A stretch of 60,000 bases of DNA from Callorhinchus milii (taxonomy: Eukaryota). Below the pieces are notes generated by a model, which was not told where the DNA came from, ran no database searches, and saw only the letters and a list, made by a program, of their open reading frames with translations. Location of the stretch: contig NW_024704742.1 in NCBI RefSeq assembly GCF_018977255.1, forward strand, positions 55,864,001-55,924,000. Reading direction: 5' to 3'. This document shows positions 1 to 11,485 of the stretch, piece by piece. Positions within the stretch are counted from its first letter, which is position 1, and each line of letters opens with the position of its first letter. The position numbers were made by a program, and so were the translations under genes.

Positions 1-497
1 GACGGAAAAAGACCAAGATCCATCTAGTTTGCCTTCTACCTTCATATAATAATAAATAATAATAGTAAAAATAATAATAATAATCCTTGCATTTGATATA
101 GAGCTTTTCATGTCTTCTAGACATCTCAAAGCGCTTCACAGAATAGAATGTAAAGTGAATTTGTGGGCGAAATGTGGCAGCCAATTGCGCACAGCAGTGT
201 CCCACAAACAGTCGTGGATTGAAGTGACCAATTTATTATTGTTTTTTTTCTTGAGGGATTATTATCAGGAGAGTGGAGTAAGGAAACTTGCCCAAGGTTT
301 CACCCTGCCGGGAATCGAACCCAGGTCTCTCGCTTGCAAAGCGAGTGCTCTAACCACTGAGCTACAGGACTGGCGATTACATGCACGTATGTCCCAAACT
401 ACCTGTGTACTATATTCCATAATGTTATTTCTTAAAAGCAAACTATGTAATCTGTGTTTGAAAGAATCAACACTTCCTGCTTCAACTGTCTCCCTAG
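1..497 (-). mobile_element. CR1 LINE 3' end remnant (1-42 and 372-497) split by the SINE
   Basis: Minus ORF 265..621 contains LPRETVEAGSVDSFKHRL, typical of the CR1 ORF2 C-terminus. 1-42 resembles a CR1 3'UTR stem-loop region. Confidence 0.65.
46..371 (-). mobile_element. Full-length young tRNA-derived SINE (short subtype) inserted in a CR1 3' end
   Basis: Minus strand reads AGTCCTGTAGCTCAGTGGTTAGAGCACTCGCTTTGCAAGCGAGAGACCTGGGTTCGATTCCC (Pol III A and B boxes), then the body and an ...AATGCAAGG(ATT)n tail. Matches other copies in the window. Confidence 0.92.
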
Positions 498-1849
498 GGA
501 GAACTGGTTCAATGGACAGAATGGCCTCCTCCTGTGCCCATTTTCCTATATTCCTATGTTTGTAACCTGGGAATGTTGATTTTATTAGGGAATGTGCATA
601 ATAATAGTAAGTAACATCCATAGGCTATGTTGTGCATCACCAAACTCCTTTCACCTATGTCAATCTCTGCCCAAGACAAAAAGCTTTAAAAGCTTTAAAG
701 TTAGATTGGATAATTACTGGCTTTATGGTACACACAGCCATATGACAATTATCCCCTCCCCTACACTATTTTTGGTGAACTATAACAAATATGCTGACCA
801 CTTGGCTGTGAAGCATGTGAAATATTCTATGAAATATAGTCAATTATGGCAATAAACAATAAAAAGGCTCATTTTAGTTTAACACAAAAAGCATCACTCT
901 CATTTATTTGCCATGAAAAATCCTACCACTTTGAGTACTTAAAGACATCACCACATATCAACATTCCTGAAGAAGTGACTGGAGAAAAGGGAAGAATGAG
1001 GAAAAAGATTAGACAGAATTGCAGGTGTGGAGGGGATTTGTCATTCTAGTGGTGAGGTCTGTCTACAGCTCTGTATGAAAGTGTTCTGTACAGTCCTGTT
1101 AGTCCACATGTAAAATAAAATTCAGTAGATTGTACTCAAGGTACTTTATCTATAGGTATGCGTGATTGACTCCTAAAATCATTAATGTTTTTCTCTTTCT
1201 TCCTGGAAAAACCTGCTGGGTACCTCATCATAGCTTCCACTGTGCTGGGAGAGCCATATTTGCCATTTACTGTGAAGGCTGCTCATCCTGACAAACACTG
1301 TTGAAGGAAGCCAGTCATTTCTGCTCGTACAGAAAAATATAATTGCTTGATACAGTAGGCAATGGCATAGGAGTGTTAGAAGCTATTGAAGCTACCTCTG
1401 CCTCCCATATTGCTAGGTTGGCCAAAATAATGTGGCAGCCAGGGGAAAGCTGGCATTTCCAAGGGTCGTGTCTCGATTATCCATCAGATGTTGGAGTGCC
1501 TTCAAATCCATTCCACAAGTCTGCAATATCACTGGGTATCAAGTCAAGACAGAAATAGCAACACACCCATTTCTAGCCAAAATGATTCCAAATGTGTTGA
1601 AGGTAAGTTTGATGTTACTCTTTAGATCTCAAAATTTGGGTTTAATGCATCCTGTACAACATCTAACATATCCACAAACAGTAGCTGAGTAAGTGCTTTC
1701 TCTGCCACTGTGTGGAGAAACCATTTTCCGAAAGGCAACCTTCTTAAAAATGCCTTTATTAGTAATTTTCCAATGCACATTTCATGTCTTCTTGCATCCC
1801 TTCTCAACATCTATTTTAGTTGTACCATTGTCAGTGTTGCACACTGTCC

Positions 1850-2450
1850 TCCTTGGGGAAGGTAAGCGGGGTCCCCTTGGAGCTGAACTGGCTCCAAGGT
1901 GACGTGCCTGGCAATGGAATGTCAGAATCGAGCCAGCTCTCTGTGGCAGTCTCGGTAGTTCGGTTCCTGAGCCAGTTGGGTCTGCAGTATTTCAGAGCAC
2001 TGCTGATGACAGCACAGCCAGCCTAGCTGATCGGCAGGACCTGGAAGAGCAGACCAGTTACTTGGGTAGAGAGTCATTCCACTCAGCTCCTGTTAACCCT
2101 GCAAGACAAAGCACTAACGGGTAGGGTGGTCCAAGCTGGACAAGCAGTGGGTAAACTTGCCAGACAACGATATAAATGGCAAGCTATGCAGTTTTAACTG
2201 GTTAGACTCCAGCAGTACCCAATGCACAATCTGGGATCTCCAAGTCTTGGCTCTTGCCAACCTGTGCCTAATACTCCCCAGAATTAGGTAAGCAGGATGC
2301 ATCCCTCCAGATAGAGAGAGTGCATTCCATTCCAACAATCTATCTCTGGGATTTCCGTGTTTAGGTAAGAAGCATGGAAATCTTGATTTGGATAGCTTTA
2401 TGCATGATGAAACATTTCTGGTTGTGTCAGACACTCGGCTGACCAAAACA
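1850..2450 (-). repeat. Unclassified dispersed repeat ('family X'), longest copy
   Basis: Reverse complement aligns by eye with 20560-20890, 46360-46657, 2893-3045 and 10945-11035. Confidence 0.85.
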
Positions 2451-2892
2451 TTTTTTTAAAAAATTGCACACTATGTAAAGAAAGTTGAGGGTTTTATAGT
2501 GTTTTATCACTTGTGGGGCTGAACTCCTACAGCATACTCACATGTCAAAGAGTTCAATGCTCTAGTGGAATGTGTCATTGGAACAAGCAGAGCAGAGATA
2601 AGATGACAGTGGCATGATCACTGGAAGCTTGACCTCGAAGAGACAATAATTTATTGATATAATGAAAATAGATTTCATACACTTAAGGAACTCCCAATTT
2701 AAGTTCTTGACAAACCAACATGTGTGATCCTTCTAAGATGAGCTTCCGGATTGTTAGCTCCAAATTCAACAGCTGTAAAAGAACGCTTGTCTTAACCCAG
2801 ACAAAATGCACAAAATTTGCAAAGTAAAGTTACGCTGACCCTGTCTTCCTAATATAAAACTATAAATCTGAGCAGTATCCCTGTGTTTCCAT

Positions 2893-3045
2893 TTTTGGTC
2901 AGTCAAGTGTCTAATATAATCAGACTGAGTTTCATAATATGCATTTCACATATGTATGCTACCTACACACCTGGATTGGAATGTGCACTCTCTCCCTGGA
3001 TGGACACATTCTGCTCACCTAATTCTGGAATGTATTAGGTGCAGG
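2893..3045 (+). repeat. Family X fragment (left end)
   Basis: TTTTGGTCAGTCAAGTGTCT...GGAATGTGCACTCTCTCCCTGGA...CTCACCTAATTCTGGAATGTATTAGG matches the reverse complement of 2270-2450. Confidence 0.75.
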
Positions 3046-3046
<1 letters not shown>

Positions 3047-3077
<31 letters not shown>

Positions 3078-3421
3078 CCTTCAATTTGATATAGTGCCTT
3101 ATCACATCTCAAAGCACTTCACAGAATATATTATAAAGTGAATTGACTGTATATTTTGCGGGTGAAACGCAACAGCCAATTATGCACAGCTGTGTCCACA
3201 AACAATTGTGAATTGAGTGACTAAATTATTATTTTTTTTTGAAGGAATTATTATCCCCGTAGAAGCGAATTCTCCAATTGACTAACAATTGGGTTCCTAT
3301 TTACTGCTAGGTCAACAGAGGCGTGTGGAGTAAGGGAACTTGCCCAACATTTCACTCTGCCTGTGAATTGAACCTGGATCCTCTTGCTTGAGCGGCGAGC
3401 GCTCTAACCGCTGAGCTACAG
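3047..3421 (-). mobile_element. Full-length tRNA-derived SINE (long subtype with ~65 bp internal segment)
   Basis: (AAT)n tail at 3047-3077, tRNA-like head at 3355-3421, and an extra GCCTCTGTTGACCTAGCAGTAAATAGGAACCC segment. Confidence 0.88.
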
Positions 3422-3859
3422 TGCTCAAATCAGCATGGTATAATCAAGGTTTTGATGGTGCTTCTGCAGTTATTTTATATGTCATAAAAAAGACCTTTGG
3501 AATTGCTTACCTTATCAAAAAAGCAACACTATGCTTAACTTTTAAAATTCAAATTTTAACTTTTCTGCTGTCCAAAGGAATTTTGAGCCTTACATCTCTT
3601 GCAATATGCATTATTCATCACTCTCTGTAACTACTGCTATTACATTCATTTCTATTCTCAAGCAAATACTTATGCAGTTCTTTCCTTAATTAGTTAATAA
3701 TCACAGCATCAACATTTTATTTGGGAGTCTGTTCTAATCTCCAGTCTCATTTGAAGATTATTCATTTTAAATGTATGTTCTCTACTGCTATCCAAACAAT
3801 TTATTCAAATAAGCCCTTGCATTTATATCATCCACAGCTCTTAAAAACATTGATCAGTA

Positions 3860-4560
3860 CTTCCTCAGTCTTCTTTCCTCCAGCGAAAGAAAGTTCATTT
3901 CTTTGAGCCTCTTGTCCTGACATAAAGCCCTAAATCTGAGAATCATCTCTGCCATTCTTTTCCTTACCCCTCCATTACCCTGCAATGTTCCTTTGAAGCT
4001 ACAGTACTCAAATCTATATACAAAGGATCGGAAAAATTTATAGACCTTGGGGTGCAAGAACATTTTATTCTCTCTACAGGTTCATAAATTTATGGGCCTT
4101 AGCTCAGTGAGTTTATAATTGGATTTTGCCATCATAAATTCAACACCACCACCATCTGCATACTTACCTACATAATATCGGCCATAACATTCCACATTTG
4201 GCCTCATTAGTAATCTATACAATGTTGGATCACATCTTTTGGAATACGGTCAAATCCTTCTGAAATGAAGCCTAGTGTTTGAATAGCTCAGTTGCTAAAA
4301 GCTTCTTATTTAAACTGAAAATCTCAGTGAGTTTTCTGACCCAAACCTATTTCCTTCTCTGCCTCTGTTAATAGACATTGCTTCAAGATATAAAAGGTTT
4401 GGTCTTTCTGGTTGCCAATTTGAATTACCTTGCACGTATCTGCTTTAAAATCCATCTGCCGTTCCTCCGGCAATCTGATTAATATTCCCAGATCTTCTTC
4501 AAAGCTATTTATTCTGCTTTTGATGGGCACCTGTCCACATCTCTTCAGCAATCTAATGAG
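3860..4560 (-). mobile_element. Degraded CR1 LINE ORF2 fragment
   Basis: Minus-strand peptides RQMDFKADTCKVIQIG and RLKEMNFLSLEERRLR match the CR1 motifs WQMxFNxxKCKV and LFSLExRRLRGD. Confidence 0.75.
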
Positions 4561-5299
4561 CTACAAATCTCCAGTGAGAATAATGAACTTCAAAGTGTAA
4601 CTATTTTGGACTGTTTAATTGGAATGTCTTTTTGGCAAATCATACCACTGACATGGACATCTCTCTCTCTCTCCTCAACCCCCTACCCCCATATTTTATT
4701 TTTCCTTATTGCTGAATTAAAGTCTAAGGGCATTAAAGGACACACGTACTATTTCATTTTATAACCAGGTTTATTTCCATGATGAGGTGCTTCATATTTC
4801 ACCGTGCATTGGAAGAACATGTCAGTCAGTTTTCATATGTTTTCAAGTGACATTAAATGAATATTGGGTAAAAATATGAGGTCAAAATGGTTCATTGTCA
4901 CACAGAATAATTATGACTTGGCTGGAATATGCATTCGAACAGTTGATGCCTGTTAATTATTTGTTGGCCACCAGTATGACCTCCCTCCCTCCAGCTTTGT
5001 CAAAACCAACCTGCAGCCACTATTAAATTCTCTAGCAATGGATCACAGCAGTTGATTGTTGCTTCACATGTAGGATGCCATCTTAGCTCAGATTATTTTG
5101 TTTAGTCAAGATGGTATCTCACAAACTAACCCACAAATACAGCATTCCACTGGGAGGTTGGAGGGGGGGAGAAAGGATTATCACACCTGGTGTCAGTCAA
5201 AAATAAACTCTTCATTTGATCACATTTATCGATGTTGATAATTATTACCAGCAATAATCATCACATCACATTTCCAAATTTGCATCTCTGTGTGCTTTA

Positions 5300-5615
5300 A
5301 TAATAATAATGATGATAATAATAGTATTAATAATCCTTGCTTTTCACATTGGCAGGTGTCTCAAAACAGTTCACTCGACTTACTGCAATGTGTAGTGACT
5401 GCATATCTCGCAAGTGAACACGATAATCAACTTGCGACAGCAATGTTCCATAAACACCCATGAAGTGAATGATCAATTTTATTTGAAGATTGTTGGCCAG
5501 GACACTGGGAGAAACTCTCTTCTCTTTTTGAGTGGTGTCTTGGGATCTTTACCATCCACTGAATAGGCAGATGGGCCCTCAGTTTAAAGTCTCATCCAAA
5601 GGACGGCACCTCCCA
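5300..5615 (-). mobile_element. Older Deu-domain SINE (SacSINE1/AmnSINE1-like)
   Basis: Minus strand reads GAGGTGCCGTCCTTTGGATGAGACTTTAAACTGAGGGCCCATCTGCC...AAAGATCCCA...GTGTCCTGGCCAA (Deu-domain pattern), then an L2-like tail. Confidence 0.8.
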
Positions 5616-5639
5616 CCCTGCACCCCATTCAAAAGTCAA

Positions 5640-5908
5640 ATTAGACGTCTCAAAGAACTTCACAGAAAAGACTGTAAAGTGAATTGACTGTATATTTGTG
5701 GGCGAAGCACAGCAGCCAATTGCGCACAGCAGTGTCCCACAAATAGTCGTGGATTGAAGTGACCAAATTTATTATTGTGTTTTTTTTCTTGAAGGATTAT
5801 TATCAGGTGTGTGGAGTAAGGAAACTTGCCCAAGATTTCGCCCTACAGAGACTCTAACCCAGGTCTCTTGCTTGCGAGGCGAATGCTCTAACCACTGAGC
5901 TACAGGAC
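5640..5908 (-). mobile_element. tRNA-derived SINE (short subtype), 3' tail missing
   Basis: Head TAACCACTGAGCTACAGGAC at 5889-5908; body closely matches the copy at 46-371. Confidence 0.88.
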
Positions 5909-6133
5909 GAAAATAGTCAGTATTTGTGAAGAATGGGAAAAAATACTGAAAACCATCCCACTGCACATGTGTTGGAAGATGTTCTTAAAGGAATGGGTAC
6001 ATCAAAATTCAAACAATTAAATGTTCTTTATTTGTAACTCTTAAAAGCTCTGAAATATGTATCACTTCATATTTTGTTGTGCTTCATAGCTCACTGCTGC
6101 ATATCAAACCAATGTCATCTTACCTGTATGTTT

Positions 6134-6198
6134 AGCGCCTTGGGACGTCCTCCTGACGTGAAAGGCGCTTTATAAATGGAATCTTGTTGTTGTTGTTG
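6134..6198 (+). mobile_element. L2 3'-terminal fragment with (TTG)n tail
   Basis: Nearly identical to 49024-49095. Confidence 0.8.
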
Positions 6199-6726
6199 TA
6201 GCGGTTACTGTGCAGCACATTCTTTCATGGTTCATATATTGAAAGCGTTAAATGTAATGTCCACATTTCCGTGATCTGCATGATTGCATTAGCTGCATTA
6301 ACTGTTAAGCAAAGAAAGAGGTAGCTGCTAATCCATGGAACATCTCCTGCCATCCCAAGAAGCCTTCTGCTTCAGATAAGTGTCCTTATTGCACAGGCCA
6401 TTAGAAGCTTCGTAACAACCAATGTTGCTTCACTTTTTTTAATGAATATTTAAGGAACCAAGCATCTAACTGCTACAGTAGAAACAAATGTAATAAATCA
6501 TTTTCATTGAATGTATTTAAATAGTGTAAACTAAACAGGTATGATTGATGCTCATGAAATATGATATTAATTGAAATTGCAAGTTTTCAAAAAAATAAGT
6601 AATATTGATATTTTATTTTTTTCCTTTGGAAAACTTATCGGCTGTACTTCTCAACAAATCACTTAATTAAAAAAATGTAATTATTGAAGTTGTAAAAAAT
6701 GTAATGTGTGAAAAATGTGCTATATA

Positions 6727-7005
6727 AATAATCCTTGCATTTGATATAGTGCTTTTCACGTCTTCTAGACAACTCAATGTGCTTCATAGAATAATAATAA
6801 TAATAATCCTTGCATTTGATATAGCGCTTTTCACGTCGGGAGGACGTCCCAAAGCGCTTTACAGAACATACTGTAAAGTGAATTGACTCTATATTTTTGG
6901 GCAAAATGCGGCAGCTAATTGTGTACAGCAGTGTTCCACAAACAGTTGTTGATTGAAGAACTAATTTTATGATTTTTTTTTCCTTGAGGGATTATTATCA
7001 GGAGT
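6727..7005 (-). mobile_element. Two adjacent SINE 3' fragments
   Basis: Two AATCCTTGCATTTGATATAG tails (near 6730 and 6803); the second continues into SINE body. Confidence 0.85.
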
Positions 7006-7084
7006 TTTATTGAATTTCTCTGAAGCATCATCAAATCCATTTTTCAGAAATTTGATAAATTCTACTTTCTCAATAATTAGGGCA

Positions 7085-7540
7085 AAGATGGGAGCACTCT
7101 AGCCTCTGAATCAAAAGGTTGTAGATTCAAGCCCCATTTTGGGTCTTTGAACTTAAAGTCTTGGCTGACACTTCGATGCATTGGTGGGAATGTGCTACAT
7201 TGTTAGAGGTGCCATCCCTCAGATGAGATGTTATACCGAGTCCTATCTGTCTGTTCAGATGGACATTAAAGATACCATGTTATTGATTGAAAACAGTGGG
7301 CAGTTTTACCCTGTGTCCTTGCCAACAATACCTCAAATAAAATTGGTCAACCACTAGATACAACAACAACTTGATTTATATAGAGCCCTTCAAGCCGCGC
7401 TGCGTCTCGGAGCACTTGGCTAGATGGCTGTTTGTGGGATATTGCTGCTGCAAATTGGTTGTCATTTTCGGCTACAAAAAAAAATTCATTACGCTGCACA
7501 GAAAAATCCTGTGAAGTTCTTTGAGAAATTTCAATAGTGT
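7085..7540 (+). mobile_element. Deu-domain SINE carrying a nested ~60 bp antisense L2-tail insertion (7360-7419)
   Basis: GAGGTGCCATCCCTCAGATGAGATGTTATACCGAG...AAAGATACCATG (Deu domain). The insertion is flanked by a CTAGAT duplication. Confidence 0.75.
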
Positions 7541-9197
7541 AATCAGGCCCTATATCTAATGCAAGGATTATTATTATTTCCAATCAATAAATTTGTTACG
7601 AAATACCACAAATTAGACACCACGGATACTTTATAACAGCAAAACCTTCTTAAATGAGCATACAGAACACCATCTTCATAATTAAGGCTGTATTTTAAAA
7701 TTTCTGGATGCTGCGAAGCACAACATACATAAAGTAATTCAAGACTCAGGTGGAATTTCTCTCCATCCATTGAAATTAGTAGCAGGAATTCTGGCAAATT
7801 ATTCCCCTCTGTAATTTATGCTCCAGAGGCCAATTTGAGGTTGCCCCATCCAATTCAAATCTGTTAACCCAGCACTGACTAGGAATGGGATCTGCGACCT
7901 TCTGTATTTCTATAGTATATTTACCAAATGGGACAATCTCTTCTTTTGATCATGGCTTCTGCTTTCCACAGTTTTCAAGCCAACCAGCTTTTCTTATTAA
8001 TTTGGTTAACGCCTTTGCAAGTCTCATATGGACTTTATGAATATCTCCTGAAGCTAAATGTATTTATTGGATAGCCTTTAAAATACAATACAATTGACAT
8101 TTTCATAGTGCTTTTCATATCAGGAGAATGCGTCACAGTGCATGGCATATTGGCTAAGCGCCCAAGCTGGGGGGTGGGAGCTGAAGGGAGTGGGAGTTGA
8201 AAGACGACCAAAAGTGTCTTACACTAGTTATAACCTTTGACAATTTTGTCAGACTTATATGATGCCTGTTCTTTATAACCTCTTTGCTCTTTATATGAAT
8301 TCTCTTTCATTTCCTTGATCAGAGGCTTCATCTCCCACTTAGCATCTTCATAGTTTTTATTTATATAGAGTTCATGACCAAGCTGTTCCTTAACGCTGAA
8401 GAGTTTATATTAAATGTATACTTTGCATTTTCTATAAACAAAGAAAATTCCACAGTTTGTTCCAAGACATAAAAGAAAACAGTTCCCTATACATATTGCA
8501 GATGTGTTGCAGACTAAATCATTGTGTGACATCAAAACCATTCTGAAAATGAATGTTACTGTTGTACATGTATTCTAAATCTATGATGAACTATCATAAT
8601 ACTTTATGTCATTTTCTATCTCAGTTCATTAATGACTTTATGTTTAAGGGGGGAAAAGGAACCATAGAACAAAGCAATGTATAATCAGGGACATTGTTGG
8701 ACATGTGGATAAACTACAACAAAAATACAAAGGGTCTGCTCCCAGACGGCCACCAAGTCAGCAGCTCTGGAGAATAGGCAGGACAACAAGAGGTGACTAG
8801 GATACATCAACAAATGTGAAAATATTTACCTGTATAATATTTAACCACTATGCTAGTTCTGTAGCATAGAGAAATGTAAACTGTTTAAGCAAGTGGGCAG
8901 AATTATGGCAAATGGAGTTTAGCATTGCAAAGTGTGGGATAGAATGATATCTTACTGATTGAAATTATCCACTGTTCTGGCCAATAATCCCCCAGATACA
9001 AAAGTGTTCATTCATCTCATGGCTGTTTGTGAGTCACTGATGTGTGAAAAATAACTGCCATTTTTACCTACAAATATATATTCACGACATTTTACAGTAA
9101 AATGCTGTCAAACGCTTTGAGACAGCATGATGATGTATTAAAGCTCCATATGAAAGCAAGAATTATTGTTATTATTAATCATTCTTATTATTATTTA

Positions 9198-9415
9198 ACA
9201 GTCCACTTAGGATGGGAGAATAACAATAGGGAATATGTTCCAAACGTAGAAGCACCAGCAGATGAGCAGAAAGATCTGGGATTTCAAGTTCATGGATCAC
9301 TAACATTGAATTTGCATGTGCAGAAAATAGTCAACAAGGCAAATGGGTGTTAGCATTTATTGCAAGGATAGAAAATTAAGGAAATGCTTCTCCTGTTATA
9401 TATTGGACACCCGAT
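9198..9415 (+). mobile_element. CR1 ORF2 fragment (upstream part at 8860-8940, separated by a SINE remnant)
   Basis: Peptide EQKDLGFQVHGSLTLNLHVQKIVNKANG. Confidence 0.75.
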
Positions 9416-9487
9416 TTAAGGATATACTATCTTGAGGGGGCTTACTGCAGACTCACCTGACTCAGGAACTGGACTGCCAAAACCGTC

Positions 9488-10945
9488 AACAACAAAATTA
9501 CATTTGTATAGTGCCTTTCGTGTAGGGAGGATTTCCCAAGACGCTGGAGAGTCAGCGTTCTGGACCCAGGCTGCGGGTCAGGATTGGGGAGGGTGGAGGG
9601 CAGAGGGGGGAAGCAAGGTGATTGAATGCACGGTCAAAGAGGAGGGTCTTGAGATGGGTCTTGAAGGAAGCAAGGGAGGGGGCAAGGTGGAGGGACTGCG
9701 TGATGGATTACCAGAGGGTGGGGGCAGAGAAACAGAAGGCCTGCCCGCCAATGGTGAGGCAGGTGAGGTGGGGGATGTGAAGCACCCCGGAGCCTGCTGA
9801 GTGGAAGGAGCGGGCAGGATGGTAGGGAGTTAGGAGGTCACAGATGTAGGGGGGAGCAAGACCATGGAGGGCTTTGAAGGTGAAGACCAGGATCTTGAAC
9901 TGTATCCTCTGTGTGATGGGAAGCCAGTGGAGTCGGGCGAGGATGGGAGTGATAGGGTCATGGAGCCTGGTGCAGGAGAAGACATGGGCTGCAGAGTTCT
10001 GGATGATCTGCAGCCTATGGAAGGAGGAGTTGGAGAGGCCGCCAAGCAAGGAAGTTGCATAGTCAAGCCTCGATGTTATGAATGCGTATATGAAGGTTAT
10101 GATGGCCTACGGTGTGAAACAGTGGCGGAGACGGGCGACGTTGCGGAGGTGGGGGAAAGCAGAGTGGGTCATGGCATGGATGTGGGGTAGAAAGAATAGT
10201 TGAGGGTCAAACAAGACCCCAAAGTTCCGAACTGGCTTAGCAAGGTGGAGTATGCAATCATGGATGGTGATGCTGTCAGTGCCTGAGGTGAGGAGGCGCT
10301 GACTGGAGCCAATCAGGAGAGCCTCGGTCTTGTTGACGTTCGACTAAAGAAAATTAGCTCTGATCCAGGACTTGATGTCTGACAGACATTCTGTCAGGAA
10401 AGCAGTGATCCTGGAGTCAAGGGTGGAGGCAGAGAGGTAGAGTTGGGTGTCATCTGCATACATGTGGAAGTTGACTCCATGTCTGCGGATGATGTTACCA
10501 AGAGAGAGCCATATAGAAGAGGAGGGGACCAAGGACAGAGCCATGAGAAACACCGCACGAGACGGTGAGGGGGCTTGGTGAGAAACCGTTTGTGGAGATG
10601 AAGTGGAGGCGGTGTGAGAGGTACGATCTGAACCAGTCAAGAATGGAGCCGTGAAGGTTAAGGTAAGAGGAGAGTAGGTGGATGAGAATAGAGTGGTCAA
10701 CGGTGTCGAAGGCAGCAGAGAGGTCAAGGAGAATGAGGAGGCAGATAGAGCCCTGGTTGCAGATGGACAGATGTCTTTTGTCACCTTGACCAAGACTGTT
10801 TCTGTGCTGTGGGCGGCATGGAAACCTGATTGGAGGGGTTCATGAAGGGTATGGCGAGAGAGGAAGGAGTGAAGATGGGAAGCAACTTATCATTCCAGGA
10901 CCTTGGAGAGGCAAGGGAGGTTGGAGATGGGGCGGTAGTTTCAGA
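9488..10945 (-). mobile_element. 5'-truncated L2 LINE (frameshifted RT and C-terminal region of ORF2, 3' tail)
   Basis: Peptides [30 protein letters not shown] and LQIIQNSAA...LHWLP...IQFKIL; (CAA)-type tail at 9488. Confidence 0.93.
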
Positions 10946-11108
10946 TTTGTACTGATTTGATTCTAACATTCCATTGCTGAGCACGTCACCTTGAAGCCAG
11001 CTCAGCTCCAAGAAAGTCATGTTTTCCTCCCCTTCAAGAATATAAGTCTAGTTTAGATACTATTAGGCATGGTGATGGGTTTCTGCACATGTCAGACTCC
11101 CAGCTGTC
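10945..11108. repeat. Family X right-hand part (+, 10945-11035) abutting an inverted family X left end (-, 11040-11108)
   Basis: CATTCCATTGCTGAGCACGTCACCTTGAAGCCAG matches the reverse complement of 1888-1922. The reverse complement of 11040-11108, CAGCTGGGAGTCTGACATGTGCAGAAACCCATCACCATGCCTAATAGTATCTAAAC, matches 20560-20612. Confidence 0.7.
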
Positions 11109-11129
11109 CAAAAATAAGAACCAGTTCCA

Positions 11130-11355
11130 ATTATATCCTTTGGGAGTTTATTCTGGTGTCTTGGCCAACAATCCCCAAATATAATTGGTCACTCACTTTC
11201 ATGGCTGTTTGTGGGACTTTGCTATGTGCAAACTGACTGCTGCTTTTGTCAACAAAATACACACAGTGACATCACTTTATAGTATATCCTTTGAAATGCT
11301 TTGAGATGTCTTAATGTTGTGATAAAGTGCTATATCAAATGCAAGGATTATTGTT
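11130..11355 (+). mobile_element. Deu-domain SINE 3' half
   Basis: GGTGTCTTGGCCAAC...GGCTGTTTGTGGGAC...AAATGCAAGGATTATT. Confidence 0.7.
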
Positions 11356-11485
11356 AACCTTATTAACCTCAACTTTAGACTAGGCAGAACCTTGGAACTT
11401 CCTCCCAATGTGAAAGTAGCTATATAAATGTAAATGGAAATTTCTATCATTGGAATTTCCATGTATAGGTGGGATGCATGGAATT

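Noticed and set aside
300..371. tRNA-Ala(TGC)-like cloverleaf (also at 27035, 22050, ~5840, 16280, ~46930)
   Set aside because: Each is the head of a SINE followed by SINE body and tail, and the anticodon loop varies between copies, so these are not tRNA genes.
110..565. 151-aa ORF, and similar ones at 46875-47393 and 46918-47298
   Set aside because: They span SINE plus CR1 sequence and are chance open frames.
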